Notes: generated by a model from the letters alone, not told the origin. Shown: positions 21,153-29,976, counted from the first letter of the stretch. The stretch is DNA of 64,000 nucleotides from Desulfomonilia bacterium (GCA_963664325.2 CAXXDQ010000003.1:64001-128000); one strand, 5' to 3'. Program-made: numbers and translations.

Positions 21153-22397
21153 GTGTTCATTATGTGGGCGTTAAAGAAGGTGTATTATCGTATTTATCAG
21201 TTCGTTATGGGTTTCGGGATGAATTTTCTTCCCTGGATTGAACCCGTAATCATCGACGGTGCGGACAGCATAAAAAAACTTTCTTCCGTCATCAAACAAA
21301 AAGGCATTAAAAACGTTCTTATCGTTACCGATTCCGTCCTTATGGGCCTTCACCTTCTCGATTCTCTCTTCGAGGCCCTCAATTCTGCAGGCATCAAGTA
21401 TTCACTCTACGATCAGGTACAGCCCAATCCCACGATCGACAACATCGAAGCGGCGCTTAAAATCTACAATGCAAACAATTGCCAGGCCATCATCGCCTTC
21501 GGCGGCGGTTCGCCGATGGATTGCGCAAAGGTGACCGGCGCCCGCGTTGCCCGCCCGAACCGACCTGTTACAAAGATGAGGGGCCTGTTCAAGGTTGTGC
21601 TGCCCGCTCTTAAAATGGGATCCATTCTGCCGCCGATTCTTTTCGCGATTCCCACGACAGCAGGAACCGGTTCCGAAACCACGATTGCAGCCGTTGTATC
21701 GAATTCCCAGACGCATGAAAAATATCCGGTAACCGACCCTGTTATCCGCCCGAGATACGCTGTCCTGAACCCCCAGCTTACAGTAGGCCTTCCTCCCCAC
21801 ATTACATCAACAACAGGCATGGATGCACTGACACATGCAGTCGAGTCCTATATCGGCAAGTTCTACAACAATACGGATACGCTCAAAAAAGCCATTCTGG
21901 CGGTGGAAATGATTTTTGCCAATGTCGAAAAGGCCTACAAGGACGGCAAAGACCTTGAAGCGCGCGCCCAGATGCTGCTTGCAGCGTATTATGGGGGGTA
22001 TACCTTCACACGCGGCGGCGTCGGTTATATTCACGGCATCGGCCATAACCTGGGCGGGATGTACGGTGTCCCTCACGGTTTCGCAATGTCGATTATCATG
22101 CCTTATGTTCTTGAATGGTACGGCGAAGCAGCGCACAAACCACTTGCGGAACTGGCGGAATTTATCGGTATTACAAAACCCGGCATGAGCCAGGCTCAAA
22201 AGGCCAGGGCTTTTATCGATGCGGTTAAAGACCTCAACAAGAGATTGAACATCCCGAACAAGATTGACAGCATCAAAAACGAAGACATCCCGACAATCGC
22301 CGAGCGCGCATTACTCGAATGCAACCCTACATATCCCGTCCCGAAGCTCATGAACAAAGAGGAGTGCATGGCGGTCATCAGAGCCATCAAGGCATAA
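21153..22397 (+). CDS. Iron-containing alcohol dehydrogenase
   Basis: Motifs GGGSPMD, PTTAGTGSE, GMDALTHAVES and HGIGH...PHG. Confidence 0.93.
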   Translation: MFIMWALKKVYYRIYQFVMGFGMNFLPWIEPVIIDGADSIKKLSSVIKQKGIKNVLIVTDSVLMGLHLLDSLFEALNSAGIKYSLYDQVQPNPTIDNIEAALKIYNANNCQAIIAFGGGSPMDCAKVTGARVARPNRPVTKMRGLFKVVLPALKMGSILPPILFAIPTTAGTGSETTIAAVVSNSQTHEKYPVTDPVIRPRYAVLNPQLTVGLPPHITSTTGMDALTHAVESYIGKFYNNTDTLKKAILAVEMIFANVEKAYKDGKDLEARAQMLLAAYYGGYTFTRGGVGYIHGIGHNLGGMYGVPHGFAMSIIMPYVLEWYGEAAHKPLAELAEFIGITKPGMSQAQKARAFIDAVKDLNKRLNIPNKIDSIKNEDIPTIAERALLECNPTYPVPKLMNKEECMAVIRAIKA

Positions 22398-22407
22398 CAA
22401 AGAAGAA

Positions 22408-22441
22408 GAGGAACTGCTTCGGCAGTTCCTCCCTGTTTTTT
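22408..22441 (+). terminator. Rho-independent terminator
   Basis: GAGGAACTGC-TTCG-GCAGTTCCTC followed by a T-run. Confidence 0.8.
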
Positions 22442-22601
22442 ATGACCAATGGTATCACGTTCTTAAGATTGTAAATTTAATATTTAGATGATTAATAATC
22501 AAAACTAATAAATTAATCAGCATCCTCTAGTGAATTCGTCTCGGAATCTAATCAAAAGCTTAAAAGTTGGCTCTATAAACCTATTAAATGGTATGGAGGT
22601 T

Positions 22602-22814
22602 TTATTCTTGTTCATTGATACCTACTTGATCAGTGGTGTCGGATTGGTCAGAACTATAATACATAAAAGTTGTCGAAATTGTATTTGAATTGGATAATGG
22701 CTCTATTTGTTGTATTTGGGGTTGATTTTTTTTTATGCTATCGGAAATCCTTGTTACTTCATTTATTAGTTCTTCAGACCAGCCAAGCTTGATAAGAAGT
22801 TCATTTTTAATCAT
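22602..22814 (-). CDS. Small hypothetical protein (70 aa) coupled to the protease
   Basis: ATGA overlap with the upstream stop and SD AAGGAG within the protease 3' end. MIKNELLIKLGWSEELINEV... with a polar/acidic tail. Confidence 0.7.
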   Translation of the reverse strand: MIKNELLIKLGWSEELINEVTRISDSIKKNQPQIQQIEPLSNSNTISTTFMYYSSDQSDTTDQVGINEQE

Positions 22815-23875
22815 GATTGTGTCTCCTTTCTTATTGAATGCCTTACAAATCGATATTGTTCAGACACAATTATTTTTAAAATTGGAGTTTTATCGAAAAG
22901 CCAATAACAAAGCGCCCATAACTTTGATATGGCATTTTCCAATTCCAAAGAAGGATGATCAATTTTTAATTTTATTTTCTCCCATAATATTTCTCTAGAG
23001 ATGGAATGTCCGTGACTCTTCCAGATATCATGAGTTGCTAAATCTCTAGCTATAGCGAGCGCACGTTCCTTTTTATATGAATCTGTAACAGGAGTCTGAC
23101 TTGTTTCTCTAATCATCCAATTCTTAAATTTATAATTAACAAGAAATTCTTGAGCCATTGTGATTGAGTATGTTGATGCAGTTATTGCATCTCCCAATTC
23201 TTTTTTATCTATACTATCAATTATCCTAACAGCAGTCCATGGAACTGAACCACTTTTTTTTAAGGCCTGATCTCCTTGGTCTTGTAACTGACTTATTAGT
23301 AATAATAGTGCTTGTGCCGGAACGAACCTTCCATCTTTGGTAGGAATTTGTGGATCAATAGGACCAAGGCATGCAGTGGGAGTCATCCAAATATGATCAC
23401 CTGACAATGAGAACAGGGTTCCTGCGCTCATACAAAATGATGGAATTAGAAAATCAACACTCTTAAAACGTGATCTAAGAAAGTTTACAAATCGACTAAC
23501 TTGATGAGCAGATCCTCCCATAGTTGCAATGAAAATATCTATATCTTCAATATTCATTGGTACCTGCTTAAGCATTTCTGAGAAGGGAAGATCGTCGGAG
23601 GTTACAATTCCAGAATCACTAGTATTTTTTATTACATTACCAATATATGCAAGACAAGGACGAGATCTAATATTCTCAATAGTTTTTAAACCTTTTATAA
23701 TTTCATTAATAAGATCAAGATCAGGCTTTGGAATAATAGATACTATGCTTCCATATTCATTTCCTTCTTTTATGCTTTCATAAATGGAATCAACCGTTTT
23801 AGTTCTTGATACTAGTGATTGCATTTCTTTTTGTGGGGCACTCGTTGTTCTGGCTGTTTTTTTACGTTTTGACAA
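22811..23875 (-). CDS. SDH family Clp-fold serine proteinase (ClpP/SppA superfamily)
   Basis: Motifs TMGGS, MSAGTL (catalytic Ser), LGPIDPQ and SHGHSI. TTG start with SD AAAGGGGG. Confidence 0.85.
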   Translation of the reverse strand: MSKRKKTARTTSAPQKEMQSLVSRTKTVDSIYESIKEGNEYGSIVSIIPKPDLDLINEIIKGLKTIENIRSRPCLAYIGNVIKNTSDSGIVTSDDLPFSEMLKQVPMNIEDIDIFIATMGGSAHQVSRFVNFLRSRFKSVDFLIPSFCMSAGTLFSLSGDHIWMTPTACLGPIDPQIPTKDGRFVPAQALLLLISQLQDQGDQALKKSGSVPWTAVRIIDSIDKKELGDAITASTYSITMAQEFLVNYKFKNWMIRETSQTPVTDSYKKERALAIARDLATHDIWKSHGHSISREILWEKIKLKIDHPSLELENAISKLWALCYWLFDKTPILKIIVSEQYRFVRHSIRKETQS

Positions 23876-23891
23876 TATAAACCCCCTTTCT

Positions 23892-24016
23892 CTACTGTAG
23901 TATAATAATATTGAAATATAATAATTAAGATATTTACAATATACTCTCTGCCTTTCCTCTCTTCAAGCTTCGAAAATAACATATCAATTTAATAAATTAA
24001 ATTATTACTACAGTAG
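23892..24016 (-). promoter_or_regulatory. sigma70-like promoter flanked by 11-bp inverted repeats
   Basis: Minus-strand TTGAAG-N17-TATATT (23966-23938). IRs CTACTGTAGTA (23892-23902) and TACTACAGTAG (24006-24016). Confidence 0.6.
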
Positions 24017-24141
24017 GATTAAGAGCGTTACGAAATATAAGTGGGACCAAAAGGTTGAGGCACGTATCTTTGACAAATTATATTACAAATAGCCAGTAGG
24101 TGTTTTTCCAAGTAAAAAATTGCTATGATGCCTTTGTTTAA

Positions 24142-24485
24142 TTCGGTTCTGCATTCATGATGTCTCTTAGCCTTCGACTTGAGGAGTGAAGCATGAAGCT
24201 CAAGATCCCATTATCGCAAAGACAAGGAGGAAGTGATGCAGGCATACATTAACGGATGTCTCTTCACCTTCGCTGTGCCCTATTTGAGGAGCGAAACAGG
24301 ATGTTCATGATCCCAATGCCGCAGCAACGAGCCAAGGAAGTTATAACACCCTTTATCTTATTCCGGTTTGCATTCGAGATGATGCCGAGGAGACAAGGAG
24401 GAAGCGACGAGGTGTACTCTTCTATGTACTCCGAGGAGCATTCCGACGCAGCCGACAAAGGAAGCGCTTGAATGCAAGCCGGAAT
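24142..24485. repeat. Cluster of mosaic MITE/REP-like repeats
   Basis: TIR pair ATTCCGGTTTGCATTC (24360-24375) / GAATGCAAGCCGGAAT (24470-24485), 15/16 match. Internal duplications of AGACAAGGAGGAAG and TTGAGGAGyGAArCA; the latter is shared with 49545-49667. Confidence 0.75.
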
Positions 24486-25513
24486 CAAACTATTTCAGCG
24501 AGACGGTTTACGAAGGACCAGGTATCCTTCCAGCCCAGACAGGCATCTGTGATGGACTTGCCGTATGTATTTTCGCCCGGTTTCTGCGCGCCTTCAACGA
24601 TATAGCTTTCCACCATGAGCCCTTTGACCATTTTCAGGAGCCTGTTTGAATGCCTTCTGCTCTGCATTACCTCCATGCCTATCCTGGGCTGCTCCTTGAA
24701 TTTCTTGTTCGAATTGGCGTGGTTGGTGTCAACGATGATGGCGGGGTTATTGAGCTGCCTGTCGTTATAATTCTCCGCGACCATCATCAGGTCTTCATAG
24801 TGATAATTGGCAATGCTCCTGCCGTAATGATCCACCGCACCCCTGAGGATTGCATGGGCCTGCGGGTTACCCGATGTGCGCACCTCCCAGCCGTTATGAA
24901 GGAATACATGGCTCTGCTGTGCGGCGTAGATCGAATTGAGCATAACGGATATGTCTCCGCTCGTGGGGTTCTTCATGCCGCAGGGTATATCGCACCCGCT
25001 TATCGTTAGCCTGTGCTGCTGGTTTTCGACCGAGCGTGCTCCAACGGCAATATAGCTCAAGAGATCGTCAAGGTAGGCAAGATTCCCCGGATAAAGCATC
25101 TCGTCCGCCGCAGGGAGCCCTGATTCGGACAGCGCCCTGATATGAAGTTTTCTCAAGGCCTTTATGCCTTCGGTGATGTTCGGTTTCTTGTTCGGGTCGG
25201 GCTGGTGCATCATGCCTTTGTAGCCTTCGCCTGTCGACCTGGGCTTGTTCGTATATATGCGCGGAACAAGGACAAGCCTGTCTTTTACCTCCTCCTGCAA
25301 TTTTGAAAGGCGCGAGACATAATCGCAGACGCTGTCCTCGTTGTCAGCCGAGCATGGACCTATCACAAGCAGGAATTTATCGCTGAGAGAGGTGAAGATG
25401 TTTTTTATTTCAGAGTCCCTCTGGGCTTTCAGAAGGCTCAATTCAGGCTTCAGCGGGATTTCATCTTTTATTTCATCGGGGTTCGGTATTTTCTGGATAT
25501 ATTCAAAGCTCAT
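24485..25513 (-). CDS. 3-deoxy-7-phosphoheptulonate (DAHP) synthase, class I alpha (AroF/G/H-like)
   Basis: Motifs VIGPCS, KPRS, GARSVE, GMKNPTSG, HAILRG, DTNHANS, GLMVES and SITDAC. Confidence 0.95.
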   Translation of the reverse strand: MSFEYIQKIPNPDEIKDEIPLKPELSLLKAQRDSEIKNIFTSLSDKFLLVIGPCSADNEDSVCDYVSRLSKLQEEVKDRLVLVPRIYTNKPRSTGEGYKGMMHQPDPNKKPNITEGIKALRKLHIRALSESGLPAADEMLYPGNLAYLDDLLSYIAVGARSVENQQHRLTISGCDIPCGMKNPTSGDISVMLNSIYAAQQSHVFLHNGWEVRTSGNPQAHAILRGAVDHYGRSIANYHYEDLMMVAENYNDRQLNNPAIIVDTNHANSNKKFKEQPRIGMEVMQSRRHSNRLLKMVKGLMVESYIVEGAQKPGENTYGKSITDACLGWKDTWSFVNRLAEIV

Positions 25514-25548
25514 CTTATACTCCTGGAATTTTAAAGTTCAGTAATGAG

Positions 25549-25656
25549 GAGACAGTAGACAGGAGTCAGGTGACAGCATAAAATCTCTAAGTTCTTTTTC
25601 TGATCCTTTTTATCATTTCTACTGACCCCTGTCTTCTGGCTTCTGTCTCCTGATAC
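25549..25656. repeat. Inverted array of heptamer repeats
   Basis: GAGACAG TAGACAG GAGTCAG GTGACAG ... CTGACCC CTGTCTT CTGGCTT CTGTCTC CTGATAC. Confidence 0.7.
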
Positions 25657-25697
25657 TCTACAGCCTATATCAAATCTGGTGGCTGCTATCAATTGAC

Positions 25698-25726
25698 TTG
25701 ACCCTTAATCTTTCAGACGATATAAG
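25698..25726 (+). promoter_or_regulatory. sigma70-like promoter, very short leader
   Basis: TTGACC-N17-TATAAG ends 8 nt before the ATG at 25735. No SD is visible, so the mRNA may be leaderless. Confidence 0.5.
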
Positions 25727-25734
25727 CCCACACC

Positions 25735-26889
25735 ATGCCAAGTGAAATAATAAATTATAAAGACAGGGAAATCATGCTGGTAGGCACTGCCCATGTTTCG
25801 AAAGACAGTGTCGACGAGGTGAAAGAGGCGATCAGCGCATTCAAACCCGATATCGTGGCCGTCGAGCTTTGCAAGGGCCGGTATGACGTCATGAAGAACC
25901 CGACTGCCTGGCAGCAGACCGATATCGTAAAGATTATCAAGGAGAAGAAGGCGTCCCTGCTGTTTGTAAACCTGCTCATGGCGTCATTCCAGCGCAGGGT
26001 CGGCGCCAAGCTCGGCATCAAGCCGGGCGAGGAAATGCGTGTCGCAATCGAAGATGCCGAGGCCGCCGGCATACCCGTGTCGCTCATTGACAGGGGCGTT
26101 CAGACAACATTGCAGCGCACATGGAACAAGCTGTCTTTCACGGAAAAGTTCGGGCTCATGTTCCAGTCGATCATTTCCATCCTGGGTGCCGATGAACTGA
26201 CCGAAAAAGACATCGAACAGCTCAAGGAAAAGGACATGCTCACCGCGGCGCTCGAGGAAGTGGCTAAAAAGGCGCCCGTGGTAAAAGAGGTGATCCTAGA
26301 TGAGCGGGACTCATACATGGCCGCAAAGCTCTCGGAAATAGACGCCGGGAAAATCATTGCCGTAATCGGGGCCGGGCACATGGAAGGCATTAAGGCAAAA
26401 ATCGGCACGCCGATCGATATAGCCGAACTGGAAAAGCTGCCGCCGAAAAAAAAGAGAATCGGGGGATGGATTTTACTGGCACTGCTGGCTGTTCTTTTTG
26501 GCCTGGGCTTCTACTTCGGCGGAAGGAACAAAGGCTATGAAATGGCAATGTGGTGGGTCATCTGCCACAGTTCCCTCAGCGCGCTCGGTGCGGCCATAGC
26601 ATTCGGGCATCCCCTTACCATTCTTGTTGCGGCCGTGGCGGCGCCTCTTAAGATCTTTCATTTCGGATTTTCGTCCGGCTGGTTCGCGGGTCTGGTGGAG
26701 GCCTTGCTTAGGCGTCCGAAGGTGTCGGATTTCGAGAACATTCACAGCGATATCGAAACGGTCAGGGGTTTCTGGCACAATCAGATAACGAGGATATTGA
26801 TGGTGGTCGTGTTTACGAACCTGGGCAGTATTATCGGCACCTTTGTGGCCATACCCATATTGACAAAGATTGTAATCAAGGGCGGTTAA
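25735..26889 (+). CDS. TraB/GumN (pheromone shutdown TraB-like) family protein
   Basis: Motifs LVGTAHVS, VAVELC, PGEEM, LIDR, DERD and GAGH; C-terminal TM segments. Confidence 0.9.
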   Translation: MPSEIINYKDREIMLVGTAHVSKDSVDEVKEAISAFKPDIVAVELCKGRYDVMKNPTAWQQTDIVKIIKEKKASLLFVNLLMASFQRRVGAKLGIKPGEEMRVAIEDAEAAGIPVSLIDRGVQTTLQRTWNKLSFTEKFGLMFQSIISILGADELTEKDIEQLKEKDMLTAALEEVAKKAPVVKEVILDERDSYMAAKLSEIDAGKIIAVIGAGHMEGIKAKIGTPIDIAELEKLPPKKKRIGGWILLALLAVLFGLGFYFGGRNKGYEMAMWWVICHSSLSALGAAIAFGHPLTILVAAVAAPLKIFHFGFSSGWFAGLVEALLRRPKVSDFENIHSDIETVRGFWHNQITRILMVVVFTNLGSIIGTFVAIPILTKIVIKGG

Positions 26890-27521
26890 TTCCTGACAAA
26901 ACTGAATTTTCCCCTGTCGTCCAGCTGAAGCCAGGTACGCTGGTCCGCAAAGGCGGGCAGGACGATAAGGTCTTCTCTCATTATACCCCTGTGGAGATGG
27001 CCGCATATGACGGTATCCACACCTTTCTGAGCGCATATGCCCGGTTTGATTTCCGAGTTCAGAGGCCTTATTGCAGAAGAGGACTTAATCATCATGGCCG
27101 CAATCCTGTCCTTAGTTTCCGCTTCAAGGCGTTTGTCGAGGAATCTCAGGAGCGGCCAGCCCAGGCTGTGGAGAATTTTGAACCCCGGGTCATTCGTTGT
27201 AAGGCTGTGGCCGTGTGCCAGGAGGAATTTCTTTCCGAAAAGCTCTATTTCAAGTTCTTCCTGACCGACAAATCCCGGCACCCCGGAAGGTTTCATAAGG
27301 AAGTCCCTGTTGCCGGCCAGGACGGTAGCGCCTTTTCGCCCGATCGCATCAAGTATGTTTGACACCCTGGGCTCGATTCCTGAATACCAGTATTCAAAAA
27401 GGTCGCCCAGTATGAAAATCTTCGTATCGGCCGCTTCGAATTTTTCAAGCCAGGCAAGAAAGAGCTCTTCATCGGCTTTATTGCCCGGCCTTATGTGAAG
27501 GTCAGCTACGAAAATGTGCAT
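26886..27521 (-). CDS. lpxH: UDP-2,3-diacylglucosamine diphosphatase-like metallophosphoesterase
   Basis: Motifs ADLH, LGDLFE, GNRD, AHG and CGHLH; likely start MHIFV at 27521. Confidence 0.75.
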   Translation of the reverse strand: MHIFVADLHIRPGNKADEELFLAWLEKFEAADTKIFILGDLFEYWYSGIEPRVSNILDAIGRKGATVLAGNRDFLMKPSGVPGFVGQEELEIELFGKKFLLAHGHSLTTNDPGFKILHSLGWPLLRFLDKRLEAETKDRIAAMMIKSSSAIRPLNSEIKPGICAQKGVDTVICGHLHRGIMREDLIVLPAFADQRTWLQLDDRGKFSFVRN

Positions 27522-27658
27522 AGAGGCATCAAACCAGAAATGCCTTGATATATCAACCCAATCCTTGTATTCACTATTAATCATTGGTTTTACGCGCTCC
27601 GGGATACCGCTTCAATGAATGGCAAAACAAAAACTTAACTTAATACAGGAGGTAAATC

Positions 27659-28408
27659 ATGGGTGGTACGTATGCAACCGTAACAATTGTTGTTATCGTC
27701 CTTCTGTTCCTTTTTTCGGCGATCAAGATATTGAACGAATATGAACGTGCGGTTGTATTCAGGCTCGGCCGCGTTCTGCCGGAACCCAAAGGCCCTGGTA
27801 TTATAATCATCATCCCCATCGTGGACAAGTTTGTCAGGATTTCGCTCAGGACAATCGTCCACGACGTTCCGACCCAGGACGTTATCACCAGGGATAATGT
27901 CACGGTAAAAGTGAATGCGGTTGTTTATTTCCGTGTGGTCAATCCGCTTAAAAGCATTATTGAGGTGGAAAACTACCTTTACGCCACAGGCCAGTTGAGC
28001 CAGACAACGCTCCGCTCCGTATGCGGACAGGCCGAACTCGATGACCTCCTGTCCAAGCGCGAGCAGATAAGCGCCCATATACAGGACATCCTTGACAAGC
28101 AGACCGACCCATGGGGGATCAAGGTATCGGCCGTCGAGCTCAAACACATCGACCTGCCTGAAGAAATGCAGAGGGCCATGGCAAAACAGGCGGAGGCCGA
28201 ACGTGAGAGAAGGGCAAAGATAATAAATTCCGAAGGGGAGTTCCAGGCAGCGCAGAAGCTGTATGAAGCGGCCCAGATAATTGCCGCCGAGCCTATTGCG
28301 CTTCAGCTGAGATTCCTTCAGACAATCAGGGAGATATCTACCGAAGGCACCACGAACACGCTTATCCCGGTGCCGATAGACATCCTGTCCGTGTTTATGA
28401 AAAAGTAG
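27659..28408 (+). CDS. SPFH/stomatin (slipin) family protein
   Basis: Motifs [23 protein letters not shown] and [13 protein letters not shown]. Confidence 0.95.
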   Translation: MGGTYATVTIVVIVLLFLFSAIKILNEYERAVVFRLGRVLPEPKGPGIIIIIPIVDKFVRISLRTIVHDVPTQDVITRDNVTVKVNAVVYFRVVNPLKSIIEVENYLYATGQLSQTTLRSVCGQAELDDLLSKREQISAHIQDILDKQTDPWGIKVSAVELKHIDLPEEMQRAMAKQAEAERERRAKIINSEGEFQAAQKLYEAAQIIAAEPIALQLRFLQTIREISTEGTTNTLIPVPIDILSVFMKK

Positions 28409-28420
28409 CATCTTTGATGA

Positions 28421-29154
28421 ATGGGGCCGATCAGGAGCAGAAGTAACGAGCGCTTCAAGGCGCTCCTGGATTTAAAAAAAGACAGAAGCCTGCTTATGCT
28501 GGAGGGCAGGCGGCTTGCCGAAGACGCCCTGTCGCGCGGTTATGAACCGGTCCTTTCCGCTGTGACGCCTGCTTACATCGAATCGTACGGGACACCCCTG
28601 TTTGGCTTTATCCTGCTCTCGGAAGAGCTTTTATCTAAACTCGCTGACACCCAGACACCACAGGGCATAGTCATTTTTCTGAGACGCCCCTATAAAACTA
28701 TTGAAGAGTTGAAGAAACACGACAGGCTGGTCATCCTTGACGGGCTTCAGGACCCGGGAAATGTCGGCACAATTGTCAGGACCGCCGAGGCATTCGGTTT
28801 CAGCGGCATTATTGTGACTCCGGGCACGGCGTCGCCCTTTTCCGAAAGGCGGTCAGGGCGTCTATGGGTTCAGTGCTCGGTATTGATATTGCAGAGGCCG
28901 GTGCAGAGGGAATCGGTTCATTCGATCACAAAATAATAAGCCTTGTCCTTGACGGAGGCGAACTCGTAGGGCATGAGATGTTCGCGGGCCGCTTTGCCCT
29001 ATGCCTGGGGCAGGAAGGTTCGGGTATAAGTCCGGGTATCCTTAAGCTGCCAGGCAGAAAGGTGTCTATCCCCATGAAGGGCCGGACGGAATCACTTAAT
29101 GTCGCTGTCGCCGCAGGGATAGTCATGGCAATAGCGGCAGGGGCTGCGAAATGA
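28421..29154 (+). CDS. TrmH/SpoU RNA methyltransferase, split by a -1 frameshift at ~28845
   Basis: QDPGNVGTIVRTA in frame 1; GQEGSG and ESLNVAVA in frame 2. Adding one A at GAAAGG restores FSEKAVRASMG. Confidence 0.85.
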
Positions 29155-29181
29155 CTCCTGAGATTTTTCGGAAAAAAGGAG

Positions 29182-29976
29182 ATGAGCGTGGATTATTTCA
29201 ATAAAAAAGTTGTCCTGATAACAGGGGCTGCCAGGGGTATAGGTTTTGCGACGGCGGAACTTCTGGCCTGCCGCGGGGCCTCGGTAGTCATAACCGACAT
29301 ACTGGAGGAAAGACTTAAAGAATCCGTATCGCTTTTGAAATCAAAAGGTCTGGATGTAACAGGGTTTCCTTCCAATGTGACGGATTATGAAAGCTGCGCC
29401 CTTGCAGTAAAAAAGACCCTTGAGAGCTGCGGCAGGCTGGATATTCTCATAAACAACGCAGGCATAAGCATAGTAGCCAACTTTGAAGAGTGCATTTCGG
29501 GCACCTGCGCCAAGCTCATGGATGTGAATTTCATGGGTTCCGTGAACATGACCCTTGCCGCACTCGATGCGCTCAAGGCGTCAAAAGGGCATGTTATTTT
29601 CGTATCAAGCGGAACAGGCGTAAGGGCGATACCCACAGGCAGCATTTACGGCGCAAGCAAGGCCGCGCTCAGAAGCCTGGCCGAATCCCTCAGGCTTGAG
29701 TTCAAACCCTACGGGATCCATGTCGGGGTGATCACTCCGGGATTCACGACATCGGACCCCACGAAGACCGTCATGAAGGGCGACGGTACGCCGCGTCCCA
29801 TAGACCGGGCGCCTCATGACACCCCTGCCGGAGTTGCGGCCGGTATCGCCGCACTTATTGAAAAGAGACAGCGCGAACGCATTCTCACACCGGTTGGAAA
29901 GATAGGCAATATTCTTCAGAGGCTGAGTCCCTTTATCCTTGATTTCATACTGGCCCGAAAGGAATTCAGGAATTAG
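29182..29976 (+). CDS. SDR family oxidoreductase
   Basis: Motifs TGAARGIG, NNAG and YGASK. Confidence 0.92.
   Translation: MSVDYFNKKVVLITGAARGIGFATAELLACRGASVVITDILEERLKESVSLLKSKGLDVTGFPSNVTDYESCALAVKKTLESCGRLDILINNAGISIVANFEECISGTCAKLMDVNFMGSVNMTLAALDALKASKGHVIFVSSGTGVRAIPTGSIYGASKAALRSLAESLRLEFKPYGIHVGVITPGFTTSDPTKTVMKGDGTPRPIDRAPHDTPAGVAAGIAALIEKRQRERILTPVGKIGNILQRLSPFILDFILARKEFRN

Larger units (their letters stand above)
22444..24079. other. AT-rich, probably horizontally acquired cassette (2 genes)
   Basis: Abrupt visible drop in GC relative to the flanks (judged by eye). Bounded by degenerate direct repeats GACCAA..GGT..CACGT.TCTT..AAATT at 22444-22477 and 24045-24079. Confidence 0.75.

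Noticed and set aside
24142-24485. Possible CRISPR array
   Set aside because: The repeats are degenerate, irregularly spaced and mosaic, with no constant repeat-spacer period and no cas genes.
24256-24488. 71-aa and 74-aa ORFs on both strands
   Set aside because: They lie within the palindromic repeat cluster and are probably spurious. The same applies to ORFs at 531-752, 41334-41594 and 49429-49623.
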